Shown: positions 36,589 through 46,340 of the stretch, piece after piece
Layout of the letters: each line of letters starts with the position of its first letter
Position numbering within the stretch: position 1 is the stretch's first letter
Assembly: GCA_016214345.1 (NCBI GenBank)
Contig: JACROR010000011.1
Span: 1 to 48,100 of the forward strand
Length of the DNA stretch: 48,100 nucleotides
Reading direction: 5' to 3'
From: Candidatus Niyogibacteria bacterium
GTDB taxonomy: Bacteria > Patescibacteriota > Minisyncoccia > JACROR01
The notes under the pieces: generated by a model
Seen by the model: only the letters and a program-made list of their open reading frames with translations
What the model was told of the DNA's origin: nothing
The model's database searches: none
Translations under genes and position numbers: made by a program

Positions 36589-38340
36589 TTATCGCGAGAA
36601 TCTTTTATGTTTTGGCTTTTTCATGAATGCCAGAAATTTTTGAAGCGGCAAAGTGTTTATGATATCCGATCTCTCACACCAACCGGCGCGCGCCTGGCCT
36701 AGGCCGTATTCCAAAAAACGCATGTGCGACGTGGCATGGGCGTCCGAACTTATGGAAAATTTAACGCCTGACGCTTTCGCCCGCCTGATGTTTTCTACTT
36801 TAAGATCCAATCGCGAAGGATAGGCGTCTATCTCCAAAATGGTGCCGGTACGTTTGGCCGCCGCGAAAATTTTTTCCATATCCAAAGAGATCGCCGCTCT
36901 TTCATTGATGATCCTGCCCGTGGGATGGAAAATAATGTCCACATGAGGATTTTCCATAGCACGAATGACGCGTGCTGTTTGTTCTTTTTCGCTTAAATTA
37001 AAATGCGAATGCACCGCCGTCCCCACCACATCCAAGCGGGACAAAACCCGATCTTCAATGTCCAAAGATCCGTCTTTTAAAATATTCACCTCCGCGCCGG
37101 ACAATACGCGGATCTTTTTGCCGCGCCTTTGCAATTTCGCGTTCAAAAGGGCGATCGCTTTCACTTGACGGAGCAGTTTTTTCTCATCCGATCCTCCGGT
37201 CATAGCCAAACTCTTGGTGTGGTCGGTGATAGCTATGTATTCCAAGCCGAGCCGCTCCGCCTCCTCCGCCATCTCTTCCAAAGAATTGTCTCCGTCCGTC
37301 CAATTAGTCTGGGTTTGCAAATCGCCGCGCAAATCTCCGTAGCCGATTAATTTGGGCAGTTTATGCCTTGCCGCCGCCTCTATCTCTCCTGAATTCAATC
37401 TCATCTCGGGCGCTATCCAATCCATGCCGAGTTTTTTGTAAATTTCCTCCTCATCTTTGCCGGCAGCGCGTTTCTTCCCGCGCCATAAACCGTATTCGTT
37501 TAATTTGTATCCGCGCTTAATGGCAATTTTGCGCAAGGCCACATTGTGGTCCTTGTTGCCCGTAAAATACTGAAGCGCCGCTCCGAAAGAAGCCATGGGT
37601 ATGACCCGCAGATCGGCATCGATGCCCGCGCTCAAACGAACCAAGGATTTGGTCTTGCCTTGGGCATAGATCCGAACCACTTCGGGCATGCCGACAAAAG
37701 CTTTCATCGCCTCGGCCGGATGTTCGGCTACCGCCAATAGATCCAGATCCCCTATGGTTTCCCGCATTCTCCGCAACGACCCCGCGGACTCCACCTTTTT
37801 CACCCCGCGCGCGGCAAGCAGCCGTTTTTTTATCTCTTCCGCCAGAGGGCGAACATCACCCAACAAAGATCTGCCGCCGGACTTTTTGTGGAACTCTATG
37901 CTTTTTAAAATTTTGTCTTCAAATTTTTTGCCGAAATGAGGCAAGCCGCGAAGCCGGCCTCGGCGCGCCGCGTGCTCCAATTCTCGAACATTTTTTATTT
38001 TTAATTTTTGGTATAAGATCTTTATGGTTTTGGGACCCACGCCCTCTATCGCCGTCAAGCCACGCACATCAACCGGCATTTTCTTTTTTAACGCGTCATG
38101 ATCTTTGACATGACCGGTTTTTAAATACTCTTCTATCCGCTCCGCGATACCTTTGCCAACGCCCGGAATTTTTTCCAATCCAGCCAATCCCTCCCTTTTA
38201 TAAATATCCGCCACGTCTTCCTCCATCGCCTCCAACGCAGTCGCCACTTTTTCAAAAGCGCGCGGCTTAAAAAGAACTTCCCGTATGGAAAGAAGTTCGG
38301 ACATCTCAAAAAATATTTCGGATAGTTTTCGGTTGTTCAC
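36589..38340 (-). CDS. polX: DNA polymerase/3'-5' exonuclease PolX (PolX + PHP)
   Basis: IPGVGKGIA, AGSLRRMRETIGDLDLL, LQYFTGNKDHN, ITDHT, HPTGR, SSDAH. Confidence 0.96.
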   Translation of the reverse strand: MNNRKLSEIFFEMSELLSIREVLFKPRAFEKVATALEAMEEDVADIYKREGLAGLEKIPGVGKGIAERIEEYLKTGHVKDHDALKKKMPVDVRGLTAIEGVGPKTIKILYQKLKIKNVRELEHAARRGRLRGLPHFGKKFEDKILKSIEFHKKSGGRSLLGDVRPLAEEIKKRLLAARGVKKVESAGSLRRMRETIGDLDLLAVAEHPAEAMKAFVGMPEVVRIYAQGKTKSLVRLSAGIDADLRVIPMASFGAALQYFTGNKDHNVALRKIAIKRGYKLNEYGLWRGKKRAAGKDEEEIYKKLGMDWIAPEMRLNSGEIEAAARHKLPKLIGYGDLRGDLQTQTNWTDGDNSLEEMAEEAERLGLEYIAITDHTKSLAMTGGSDEKKLLRQVKAIALLNAKLQRRGKKIRVLSGAEVNILKDGSLDIEDRVLSRLDVVGTAVHSHFNLSEKEQTARVIRAMENPHVDIIFHPTGRIINERAAISLDMEKIFAAAKRTGTILEIDAYPSRLDLKVENIRRAKASGVKFSISSDAHATSHMRFLEYGLGQARAGWCERSDIINTLPLQKFLAFMKKPKHKRFSR

Positions 38341-38345
38341 TGTAA

Positions 38346-38990
38346 CTATATATGAGGTTTTTGGCGCATTTTAAGCTGCGCGAAATTTATGGAGGCGGGA
38401 ATTCTCTTGGAGCTCATGTGCGGATATAGAAATAAAATGCACAAAGACCCCAAAAACGATAACGCGCTGGCGCCGATGAATAATACTTCAAAGCCGAATT
38501 TGCCGACAATGATGCCACCCAAAGCGCCGGACAAAGAAGTTGCCATGCCCACGGAAAAAACGCTCTCCACGCTCCATTCAAAACTCGTATGACCCTTATC
38601 AATGTGGCGGGTAAAAATTCCATACCACGCCGGAACCACGAAAGACATGGCTACTCCCAAAAAACTCTGGATTAAATAAATATGGACAGGCGTGCTGGCA
38701 AAAATGAAAAGCAAAATGGCGGCACTGGCGGCCACATAACCAAAAAATAGCGCGAAAAAATCATCCCGCTCGCCATCCGTGCGGTCCAAAAACCGGGCAA
38801 TAGGCAACTGCAAAATGGATTTGGTAACCCAATACGCCGCGGTGGCAAATCCGGCGACCTCCGCCCCTCCGCCCGCAATCCGATCGGTCAAAAATATGGC
38901 AAATACCGGCCCAAACGAGCCAAACGCCGAATTAATGACAAAATCTATGGATACTATGATCTTTATTATTTTATTTATATTAGCCAACAT
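38346..38990 (-). CDS. Half-size (6-TM) MFS-like membrane protein
   Basis: LQLPIARFLDR (motif-A-like), about six hydrophobic segments. Confidence 0.75.
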   Translation of the reverse strand: MLANINKIIKIIVSIDFVINSAFGSFGPVFAIFLTDRIAGGGAEVAGFATAAYWVTKSILQLPIARFLDRTDGERDDFFALFFGYVAASAAILLFIFASTPVHIYLIQSFLGVAMSFVVPAWYGIFTRHIDKGHTSFEWSVESVFSVGMATSLSGALGGIIVGKFGFEVLFIGASALSFLGSLCILFLYPHMSSKRIPASINFAQLKMRQKPHI

Positions 38991-38999
38991 AATTTAATT

Positions 39000-39863
39000 T
39001 TAACATTGTTCCGCCATAAACGCAGCGCCTAGCGCCCCGCCTAAGCGTCCCAGCTTGCTGAAAATAATTTTGGTTCGCTTAGCCTGAGGAGAGATCACAA
39101 ATTTAAAAACACCTTTCTTTATCCCGGACAAAAGCAGGGTTTTGGCTTCGGCTATTCCTCCGCTCAAGATCACGGTTTCAGGATCAAAAATATTTATTAT
39201 ATTGGCTATACCCACACCCAAATTCGCTCCCAAATCGCCAAATATTTGTCTGGCATGTTTGTCGCCTTGCTTCGCGCGCCGGAACGCCTCCGAAAATCCG
39301 ATACCTAAAGAATTTTTTATGAATTTATTGGAAGCCACATCCTCAAGATCAAATGTTCCATTTTTATCAAATGCCGTGATCATGTGCCCCACCTCGCCCG
39401 CGGCTCCATGCGAACCAAAACCAATGCGCCCATCCGCCATCCATGCCCCGCCAATACCGGAACCAACGGTCAAATAAAAAACATTCTTTAAATTTTTCGC
39501 GCGCCCAACCGCTTTTTCCGCCAACAAAAAACAATGGACATCATGTTCCATCACGATTTTCGGATATTTAAGCTTCTTCGCCACAAGCCGCCTTAATGGC
39601 TGGCCGTTCAAATAAGGCATATTGGGACTAACCAGCACTTTGGAACGCGAACTGTCCATAACGCCCGCCACGGCAATTCCTATGCCGCCCAACTTATCCG
39701 TGCCAGCCTCTTGGCGGAGTTTACCGGACATCTTAAAAATTACCTCCGATAAACCGCGCAAATTCCGAGGCGTATCGGAAACATCATGACGCAATATTTT
39801 TTTATTCTTCACCAGAACCGCCTTAATGGTGGAAGCCCCTATATCAAATCCCAAATAATACAT
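39000..39863 (-). CDS. ROK family sugar kinase
   Basis: LGFDIGASTIK, EHDVHC, LTVGSGIGG, GAAGEVGHM, ILSGGI. Confidence 0.93.
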   Translation of the reverse strand: MYYLGFDIGASTIKAVLVKNKKILRHDVSDTPRNLRGLSEVIFKMSGKLRQEAGTDKLGGIGIAVAGVMDSSRSKVLVSPNMPYLNGQPLRRLVAKKLKYPKIVMEHDVHCFLLAEKAVGRAKNLKNVFYLTVGSGIGGAWMADGRIGFGSHGAAGEVGHMITAFDKNGTFDLEDVASNKFIKNSLGIGFSEAFRRAKQGDKHARQIFGDLGANLGVGIANIINIFDPETVILSGGIAEAKTLLLSGIKKGVFKFVISPQAKRTKIIFSKLGRLGGALGAAFMAEQC

Positions 39864-39909
39864 AAATGTAAAAAATGTTTCGTAATTTTATTATTTCAAT
39901 AACGAATAA

Positions 39910-40917
39910 TCAGCCGCGGAAAAGTTGCCGCGCTTCCTCCCAAAATTCCGGATGATTATACTTAACTTTCAACCAATACCACCACTCCGCCCCCCAAAGA
40001 TAGACCTTGGGAAAACCCGCGGCGCGCGCATAATTTATATTATCACGAAACTGCCGCAAATTAAGAGATTTTGACTGCTCTTCCCAAGAAATATCATACA
40101 CCCTCTTATGCGCCCATGGTTCCGCCTGCAATTCGGAAACAATAATCGGTTTATGCGGATAAAACAGACGGACTAGATTGGCTTTCAACCAAAAAAACTT
40201 AGGCGGCAAAGGATATTTTACATATCCCAACCACGGGCTCCACACAATTCTGTACATCGTGGTTCCAAAAATATCCGCCCGTTTGGCGGCGCGAAACCAC
40301 GAGCCGAATTCACCGCTATCCGTTACCATCACGGGGCGGCTGACATCCAAAGAACGCACCAAATCTATTTCTTTTTGCAAAAATGAGACGTCCGGACCGG
40401 GACATTCGCCAAATGGAAGAAACGGCTCATTTTCCACTTGCCAGGCATAAATATTCGTTTTATCTTTATATCGTTTTACAATCTCCGAGAGTAGAACCAA
40501 AATTTTTTCTTGCTGAGCTTTTTCATCTAAAACTTTCGCCCATTCCGGCGCATGGCATTCCGGCCAACGCGGAACCTTCCTGCCCATAACCAAAACTAAT
40601 TCTGTGCCGCGGCGTTCCGCCTCATAAATCATCCAATCGTAATCGCTCCAAATATATTTACCGCTCTCCACCTCCACATCAGGCCAATAAACCGGTAAGC
40701 GAAGCGATTTTGGGCGCAAATCGTCCAAAATCGCCGTATAAGTTTTCCGCCAATCAAGCCCTAAAGATTCACTCCAGGGGCGGGAAAATGCCACGCCCCA
40801 GGCGATATCCGAAGAAAATCCTTCCGGCTGGCGCATCGCTAAACTCAATAAAAATAACGCGCCCAAAAACAAAATCAGCGCCACCATCCATAAAAATTTT
40901 TTTGCGCGCGCACTCAT
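39910..40917 (-). CDS. Membrane-anchored clan GH-A glycoside hydrolase (GH5/GH42-like)
   Basis: N-terminal TM, WQVENEPF (acid/base), VSELQAEPW (nucleophile candidate). Confidence 0.75.
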   Translation of the reverse strand: MSARAKKFLWMVALILFLGALFLLSLAMRQPEGFSSDIAWGVAFSRPWSESLGLDWRKTYTAILDDLRPKSLRLPVYWPDVEVESGKYIWSDYDWMIYEAERRGTELVLVMGRKVPRWPECHAPEWAKVLDEKAQQEKILVLLSEIVKRYKDKTNIYAWQVENEPFLPFGECPGPDVSFLQKEIDLVRSLDVSRPVMVTDSGEFGSWFRAAKRADIFGTTMYRIVWSPWLGYVKYPLPPKFFWLKANLVRLFYPHKPIIVSELQAEPWAHKRVYDISWEEQSKSLNLRQFRDNINYARAAGFPKVYLWGAEWWYWLKVKYNHPEFWEEARQLFRG

Positions 40918-41810
40918 ACCACAAGCAAGGCCAATCCAATGCCAATTAATGAAACAGCGGTTATTTTTTGTATTACTATGCCCTGTGTGATTTTTTCTTC
41001 AAAAAGTTGCGGCATTTTAGCGGACAAAAGCAAAGAAAGCGCCAACACGAAAAAATATTGCACGCCCTGAAGCGCGTTAATCAAGGTGGCGCTTCCCAAA
41101 TAAATCGCGTAATTCAAAATTAAAAACGCGAGACCCGCCAAGATTTTATTAGCGACAAAAAGCCCTCCCGCGCGCGCATTAAGCGCCCTGACAGAATTAA
41201 AAATAAGCTCTCGGTTGGCTGACGGTATAAGCAAGATAAGCGCCCCCACAAAACTTCCCAGACGAGTCCAGATAAATCCTGAAAGAAACGGCTGATGCAT
41301 AAAAACATATTTAATCAAAATATAAAAAATTCCGAAAAGAAAAGCCGCTAAAACCGACATTAAAATATTGTGCCAGGCGCGCCTATCTGCCTGTTCGATG
41401 GGCTCTATAAAAATCCCGATGCCTCCCAAGACCAAAAAAAATAAAGCCGCCAACTGCATAAAAGTCAGCCGCTCGTCTAAAAATGCGTATGATCCCAAAT
41501 AAACGAAAACTGACGTAAATCCTCCGACCATGGGCAACACACGCGAAGCTTCTCCGGACTTTAGCGCGGAAAATAAAACCAAAAGAGCAAAGAGAAAAAC
41601 CATACCCACAACCAGGCTTGCCAAAAGTTGCGTCATCCCAGACCAAACCATGTCAAAAGGAAAAAGCAACGCCGCAAAAGCGCTTAAAACTCCCACATAA
41701 AATGTATAAACCAGCGGACTGGTAACAATACGATTCAAAATAAATTTATCGCCCACGGAACTTAATGCTCCGAAAAAATAAGCGATAATAGCCACCGGTA
41801 TCCAATTCAT
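40914..41810 (-). CDS. EamA/DMT family transporter
   Basis: About 10 TM in two repeats; ALKSGEASRVLP, FLDERL. Confidence 0.85.
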   Translation of the reverse strand: MNWIPVAIIAYFFGALSSVGDKFILNRIVTSPLVYTFYVGVLSAFAALLFPFDMVWSGMTQLLASLVVGMVFLFALLVLFSALKSGEASRVLPMVGGFTSVFVYLGSYAFLDERLTFMQLAALFFLVLGGIGIFIEPIEQADRRAWHNILMSVLAAFLFGIFYILIKYVFMHQPFLSGFIWTRLGSFVGALILLIPSANRELIFNSVRALNARAGGLFVANKILAGLAFLILNYAIYLGSATLINALQGVQYFFVLALSLLLSAKMPQLFEEKITQGIVIQKITAVSLIGIGLALLVV

Positions 41811-43063
41811 AAAAGCATAAAATTATTTTTACAAATTTTTGCGTAAGCCGCGGCGCTCGGGCGTATTCTCCGCTCTTGCGTGCGATAATCAATTTCCACG
41901 AGCCCAAACCTCGGCCAAAAGCCCTTATCCCATTCAAAATTATCCAGAAGCGACCAATAAAAATATCCGCGGACATCCGCGCCGTCATCTATCGCGGCCG
42001 CGACATTTTTCAATGACTCAACCACAAACCATTCGCGCCGAGAATCCATGGCATCCGCCAGGCCATTCTCGGTGATATAAATCGGACATTTATATTTTTT
42101 GAGATCTAAAATGACATAATACAGGGCTTCGGGGAATAGTTCCCAGCCCATATCCGAAATTTTTTTATTTTCATTCTTATTGAAACCGTAGTCTATCCGA
42201 TTATGAAAATAATGATTAAGCCCGATGAAATCTATATGCCCGCTTATCTTGTCCAAAAATCTGAAATTCCACCACCAATCAGCCAAAAATTTAATAAAAT
42301 TATTAATTAATTTAGCGCCTTGGGCGGAAAAGTAAATATTGTTTTTAGCAATGCCTACTATAGCACCGGGCTGTATTTTTTTTATGATTCCATAAGCCAA
42401 AATATGCGCGCTAATCAAATTATTTATAACCTGCCAATAAGCAAAGATATTTTTCTTCTGCGGCGGCCAAATATCGCGCAAATAGCCGTTAGTGGAGTAA
42501 ATCATAGGTTCATTTATGGTCATCCAAAATTTTAAACCCGTACCGGAAAATTCTCTGACCAGCCTTTCTGCCAGCCTCGCAAAATCCCGCGGCGCCTCGG
42601 CATTTAACCAGGCCCCCTTATCCCGGAACCAAAACGGTTGCGTCCAATGATAAATGGTCAAAAACGGCTCCAGCCCTCTTTCGCGCAGCGCGAGAATTAC
42701 TTCGCGATAATGCGCCAGCTCCTTTTCATCAAAAATCCCCTCCTGGGGCTCCACCCGCGACCACTCTATGGAAAAGCGATGACAGTTATGCCCCAGCGAG
42801 CGCGCCAAATCAAAGTCTTTTTCATAACGATTATAGTGATCGCAAGCCGCGCCTGAAATATAATTTTCTTTTTGAAGCGGACTGGGATAATTTTTTAAAA
42901 TATAATCCGGCCAAATCCCGTTTTGAGCGGCTAAAACCAGACGATCAGCGTTTTTCTTCTCCCACTCGGACCAATCATTGTTATTCCCACCCTCTACCTG
43001 GTGCGCCGATGTCGCCGCTCCCCAATAAAAATTTGGTGGAAAATTAAATTGTTTGTCCTTCAT
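41807..43063 (-). CDS. Glycoside hydrolase family 1 (beta-glucosidase)
   Basis: FPPNFYWGAATSAHQVEG, RFSIEWSRVEP, TINEP, YITENG, WSLLDNFEW. Start ATG 43063. Confidence 0.96.
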   Translation of the reverse strand: MKDKQFNFPPNFYWGAATSAHQVEGGNNNDWSEWEKKNADRLVLAAQNGIWPDYILKNYPSPLQKENYISGAACDHYNRYEKDFDLARSLGHNCHRFSIEWSRVEPQEGIFDEKELAHYREVILALRERGLEPFLTIYHWTQPFWFRDKGAWLNAEAPRDFARLAERLVREFSGTGLKFWMTINEPMIYSTNGYLRDIWPPQKKNIFAYWQVINNLISAHILAYGIIKKIQPGAIVGIAKNNIYFSAQGAKLINNFIKFLADWWWNFRFLDKISGHIDFIGLNHYFHNRIDYGFNKNENKKISDMGWELFPEALYYVILDLKKYKCPIYITENGLADAMDSRREWFVVESLKNVAAAIDDGADVRGYFYWSLLDNFEWDKGFWPRFGLVEIDYRTQERRIRPSAAAYAKICKNNFMLL

Positions 43064-43108
43064 ATTTCTCAATTATATCATACCGTAAATTTAACAAGTA
43101 AACGCAAC

Positions 43109-43309
43109 ACTTTTCGCTAAACGCCCTTTCAACACGGCCTCTATTTTTAAGAAACAAGCAGAGTATTCCCGTATGACTGGGATGGAGAGGCACAATAATA
43201 TGGCCGGAACGGCCCTTATCAATATAGGCTGTTATGCGGGAATGCTCTGCTTGTTTCCACACTAATGACCCATACCAACCCAGTGTTTCAAAAACGTTTA
43301 GCGAAAAGT
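43109..43309 (+). ncRNA. Structured ~200-nt rod with central bubble; 6S RNA candidate
   Basis: 15-bp closing stem 43109-23/43295-309 and 27-bp inner stem 43151-77/43231-57 with G-U pairs on the + strand, separated by unpaired strands. Confidence 0.45.
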
Positions 43310-43339
43310 ACAAAGTGCTTCAAAGTTGAATGCGCCCGC

Positions 43340-43348
43340 TTATCCACA
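43340..43348 (+). promoter_or_regulatory. DnaA box
   Basis: Perfect TTATCCACA; inverted near-match TGCGGAAAA at 43358-66. Confidence 0.5.
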
Positions 43349-43522
43349 GCCCCTATTTGCGGAAAATCTACGCTTAGTATATCTTTAGAAATGGAAGGGC
43401 TTAAAAGTAAGAGTTATCCGCGAAACCAAGAGGCTTTGTTAAAAAGCAAAAAATAATTTTCGTTGACCGTTTAACGCCCGCCTTTAAACCCTCCTGTTTT
43501 TTAAAAAAATATAACCAAAAAT

Positions 43523-43556
43523 AAAAAGCCCCGGCTAACACGCTGGGGTCTTTTTT
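43523..43556. terminator. Bidirectional intrinsic terminator
   Basis: AAAAAGCCCCGGC...GCTGGGGTCTTTTT. Confidence 0.65.
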
Positions 43557-43574
43557 ATGCGCGACGCGCGCGGT

Positions 43575-44129
43575 TTACTTCAAATATCGCATAGTAACCA
43601 CAAAAACATCTTCTCCCTTGCCTTTATGCACCACCGGATGAGAAAAATCTTTTTTATATATTTCTTGGAGCTTTTTAGCGAGTTTTTGCGCCATCTGATT
43701 TTCCGAAGTATGAACCGTGAGCTCTCCCGCGCTTAATTTTATTTCCAAAATCCTGTCCAAAGGATCTTTTTCTTGCATCTTACCGGCTACCACGCTCAAA
43801 ATATGAATAATTTCTTTCTGCCTTGCGGACGGCAAGCCGGAAATACGAATTTCTCCTTCGTACTGTTTACGCCGCGCCATCTGGCAGGCGGGACATAATT
43901 GAAAGGCTACGCGACGAGCTTTCTCCACGTTTTTATGGCTTCGCAAATTATAATGCCAAGATTTAGCGTAATATACCAACCCGCAATCCGAGCAAAAAAC
44001 AATATCGGCCTTCCCCGGACCGAATTCCTCGGTTTCCCGCCGAGACTCCTTGGGTCGTACGAAATATTCTCTCGGCGCGGGCTCTCTGCCCTGACGCGCG
44101 GATTTTTTAACAAACCTGTTGTTGTTCAT
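43575..44129 (-). CDS. Zn-binding hypothetical protein (BCAM0308/NMD3-like)
   Basis: CSDCG..Y....W and LCPACQ, EGEIRISG, DPLDRI, TSENQMAQKLA. Confidence 0.65.
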   Translation of the reverse strand: MNNNRFVKKSARQGREPAPREYFVRPKESRRETEEFGPGKADIVFCSDCGLVYYAKSWHYNLRSHKNVEKARRVAFQLCPACQMARRKQYEGEIRISGLPSARQKEIIHILSVVAGKMQEKDPLDRILEIKLSAGELTVHTSENQMAQKLAKKLQEIYKKDFSHPVVHKGKGEDVFVVTMRYLK

Positions 44130-44133
44130 AAAC

Positions 44134-45291
44134 TTATTTTACAATAATACTCCAAGTTTCGTAAATGGAAGCAGCGACGATTCCCAGCGCGACCAGCCAT
44201 TTAAAATACGGATTGAGGCGCGTTCGGCCGGAAGACATCATCATCCTGTCCGCCATTTCTAAAATAAAAACTCCGGAAATGCCCAGTCCTGCCGCCCCGA
44301 TAAAACCCAAGATGTCTGTCAATCCGATAATATTTTTCCAAAAAAATAAAATAGGGGGCAACACGCAAGCAAACCAGGCTAAATAAATATTAATTCCGTA
44401 ATCGGTCCTAAACAGTTCTTTAAAATCGGCCACCGTGGCAAGATACGAAGTGAACACCGCCAAAAAACCGATAAGAGATCCGATGATCAAACCTCTGGTT
44501 CCCAAAAAGCCGGCCAAACCGGACAAGGCTTCTTCGCTCGTGTGTATGCCGGTTACGCCCAAAACTCCCAACGCGAAAATAAGCGAAAAGATCGCCGCGA
44601 TCATGGTGCTTACGAATATCACGATCCGCAAATCACGCAAAGTGGTGCCGCGCATAATGTCTCTCACTTCCGGAATAACGGAAAAACCGGTTAAAGCGAA
44701 CAGCCACACGCCATACGGCAAAAACCAATCACCGCTAAAAGACAAATTCCATGCGAAATTATCGGCGTCTATCCGCTGCCATGACGCCGCGACTAAATAA
44801 ATTATAAAAAACAATAAAGGGATGGTCAGATAAAAATTGATCACCCCGATCTTTTCAAACCGCAGAAGAGAAAAAATATCCGCCACTATAAAAAATACGA
44901 CGGAAAAACCGAAAACTCCCAGACCTCCCAAGATCCCCTGAAAAATATTATTAAGAAAAATTCCTCCCAAAATTCCGTACGCGAGCAAAGATCCATAATA
45001 ACCGATAAGCGTCAACAACAACGCCAAACGGCTGGCGGAAAGCCCCAAATATTTATAAACGTAACCGGTAAAACGATGCTTGCCTTCCGTTAAAAAAGCC
45101 ACGTCCCCATACAAGCCCTGGATTACCAGAACTAAAGCAAGCGCCACCACAAAATGCGTGAGTCCCCAAAAAAGGCCGGATCGCGCTATGGCAAAAGGCA
45201 AGGCGAAAATGCCGGCTCCGATGATCATTCCGGTCAAAAGACCGACACCTTCCAGATAATAAAATCCTTTGGATCGCTTAATCTCGTTCAT
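44134..45291 (-). CDS. Aromatic amino acid permease family (HAAAP/APC)
   Basis: GMIIGAGIFALPFA, PYGVWLFALTGFSVIPEV; about 11 TM. Confidence 0.88.
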   Translation of the reverse strand: MNEIKRSKGFYYLEGVGLLTGMIIGAGIFALPFAIARSGLFWGLTHFVVALALVLVIQGLYGDVAFLTEGKHRFTGYVYKYLGLSASRLALLLTLIGYYGSLLAYGILGGIFLNNIFQGILGGLGVFGFSVVFFIVADIFSLLRFEKIGVINFYLTIPLLFFIIYLVAASWQRIDADNFAWNLSFSGDWFLPYGVWLFALTGFSVIPEVRDIMRGTTLRDLRIVIFVSTMIAAIFSLIFALGVLGVTGIHTSEEALSGLAGFLGTRGLIIGSLIGFLAVFTSYLATVADFKELFRTDYGINIYLAWFACVLPPILFFWKNIIGLTDILGFIGAAGLGISGVFILEMADRMMMSSGRTRLNPYFKWLVALGIVAASIYETWSIIVK

Positions 45292-45736
45292 CCTCTTTAT
45301 GCTCCATGATCATAAGTTTTTCCTCAACCAACCAAAGAGCAAAAAGAATAAATATGATAAGCGCCGCGGCCGCCACCGCCACCGCGTACATTTGAAAACC
45401 TATGCTCATACCCATGGCCGCGGTTGCCCAAATGCCTGCCGCGGTCGTCAATCCCTTAACCTGGCCACCTTGCAAAAAAATAAGTCCCGCGCCTAAAAAT
45501 CCCACTCCAACCACCACTTGAGAAGCGATGCGCGAAGGATCAAGACTTGATATGCCAAGATCGCTCCCCAAACCCTCGGCAGACAATATGGTAAACAACG
45601 CGGAACCCAACGCGATCAGCGCGTAAGTGCGCATACCGGCGGCTTTCCGCGAATATCTTCTTTCAAATCCGATAAGCGCGCCTAAAAATGCCGCCAAAGA
45701 TATCTGAAAAATAATACGCAACGTGACATTATCCAT
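45278..45736 (-). CDS. mgtC: MgtC/SapB family membrane protein
   Basis: GALIGFER, AGMRTYALI, DPSRIASQVVVGVGFLGAG, GLTTAAGIW. Confidence 0.95.
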   Translation of the reverse strand: MDNVTLRIIFQISLAAFLGALIGFERRYSRKAAGMRTYALIALGSALFTILSAEGLGSDLGISSLDPSRIASQVVVGVGFLGAGLIFLQGGQVKGLTTAAGIWATAAMGMSIGFQMYAVAVAAAALIIFILFALWLVEEKLMIMEHKEDERD

Positions 45737-45740
45737 ATTT

Positions 45741-46316
45741 TTATATTTCTACTATTTTTTCTTTACGCACTAATTCCAAAACTTTTTCTATTAAAATTTT
45801 CGGATCAGAATCATAAACCACCTTGCCCTGACCGCGGTGCGATTTTTCTATTATTTCCCGTAAAATATCCGCGGTGCCGCCCGTGTTGGTCAACACGCCT
45901 ATGGGCTTATCGTCTTCAAAGGCAATGGTGAATTCATTTAATGTCCCCATCCTGCCGCATCCCACGATCACCGCGTCCGCCGCGCGTGTTAGCAGCAAAT
46001 TGCGTCCGGAATAACCAAATCCCGTATAAACTATCATATCAAAATAATCAACGGGCAATTTATATGTCTCTATGTGCTCTTTTTCAGAACCGGCCGGAGA
46101 CAAACCAATGGATATGCCTCCTGCCTCTTTTGCGCCTATGGCCGCCCAAAAAGGAATGCCGGTGGTCGCGCCCGTAACCAAAATGGCGTTATGCCGCACG
46201 ATCTCTTCTCCCAACACCTTGGCTTGCTCCAGGGCATTGGCGGAACAATGTCCCGTTTCCGCGGCTCCGGAAACGCAAATTTTAAATTTCATGTGAGAAT
46301 GGCGTGACGGTTTCAT
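45741..46316 (-). CDS. LOG/SLOG family protein (TIGR00725-like)
   Basis: LVTGATTGIP, AKEAGG.SIGLSP, TGFGYSGRN, GRMGTLNE. Confidence 0.85.
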   Translation of the reverse strand: MKPSRHSHMKFKICVSGAAETGHCSANALEQAKVLGEEIVRHNAILVTGATTGIPFWAAIGAKEAGGISIGLSPAGSEKEHIETYKLPVDYFDMIVYTGFGYSGRNLLLTRAADAVIVGCGRMGTLNEFTIAFEDDKPIGVLTNTGGTADILREIIEKSHRGQGKVVYDSDPKILIEKVLELVRKEKIVEI

Positions 46317-46340
46317 GTCAAAATTATACCATACAATGAT

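Noticed and set aside
43320-43520. Replication origin
   Set aside because: Only one perfect and one or two weak DnaA boxes, and no dnaA/dnaN nearby; insufficient without GC-skew analysis.
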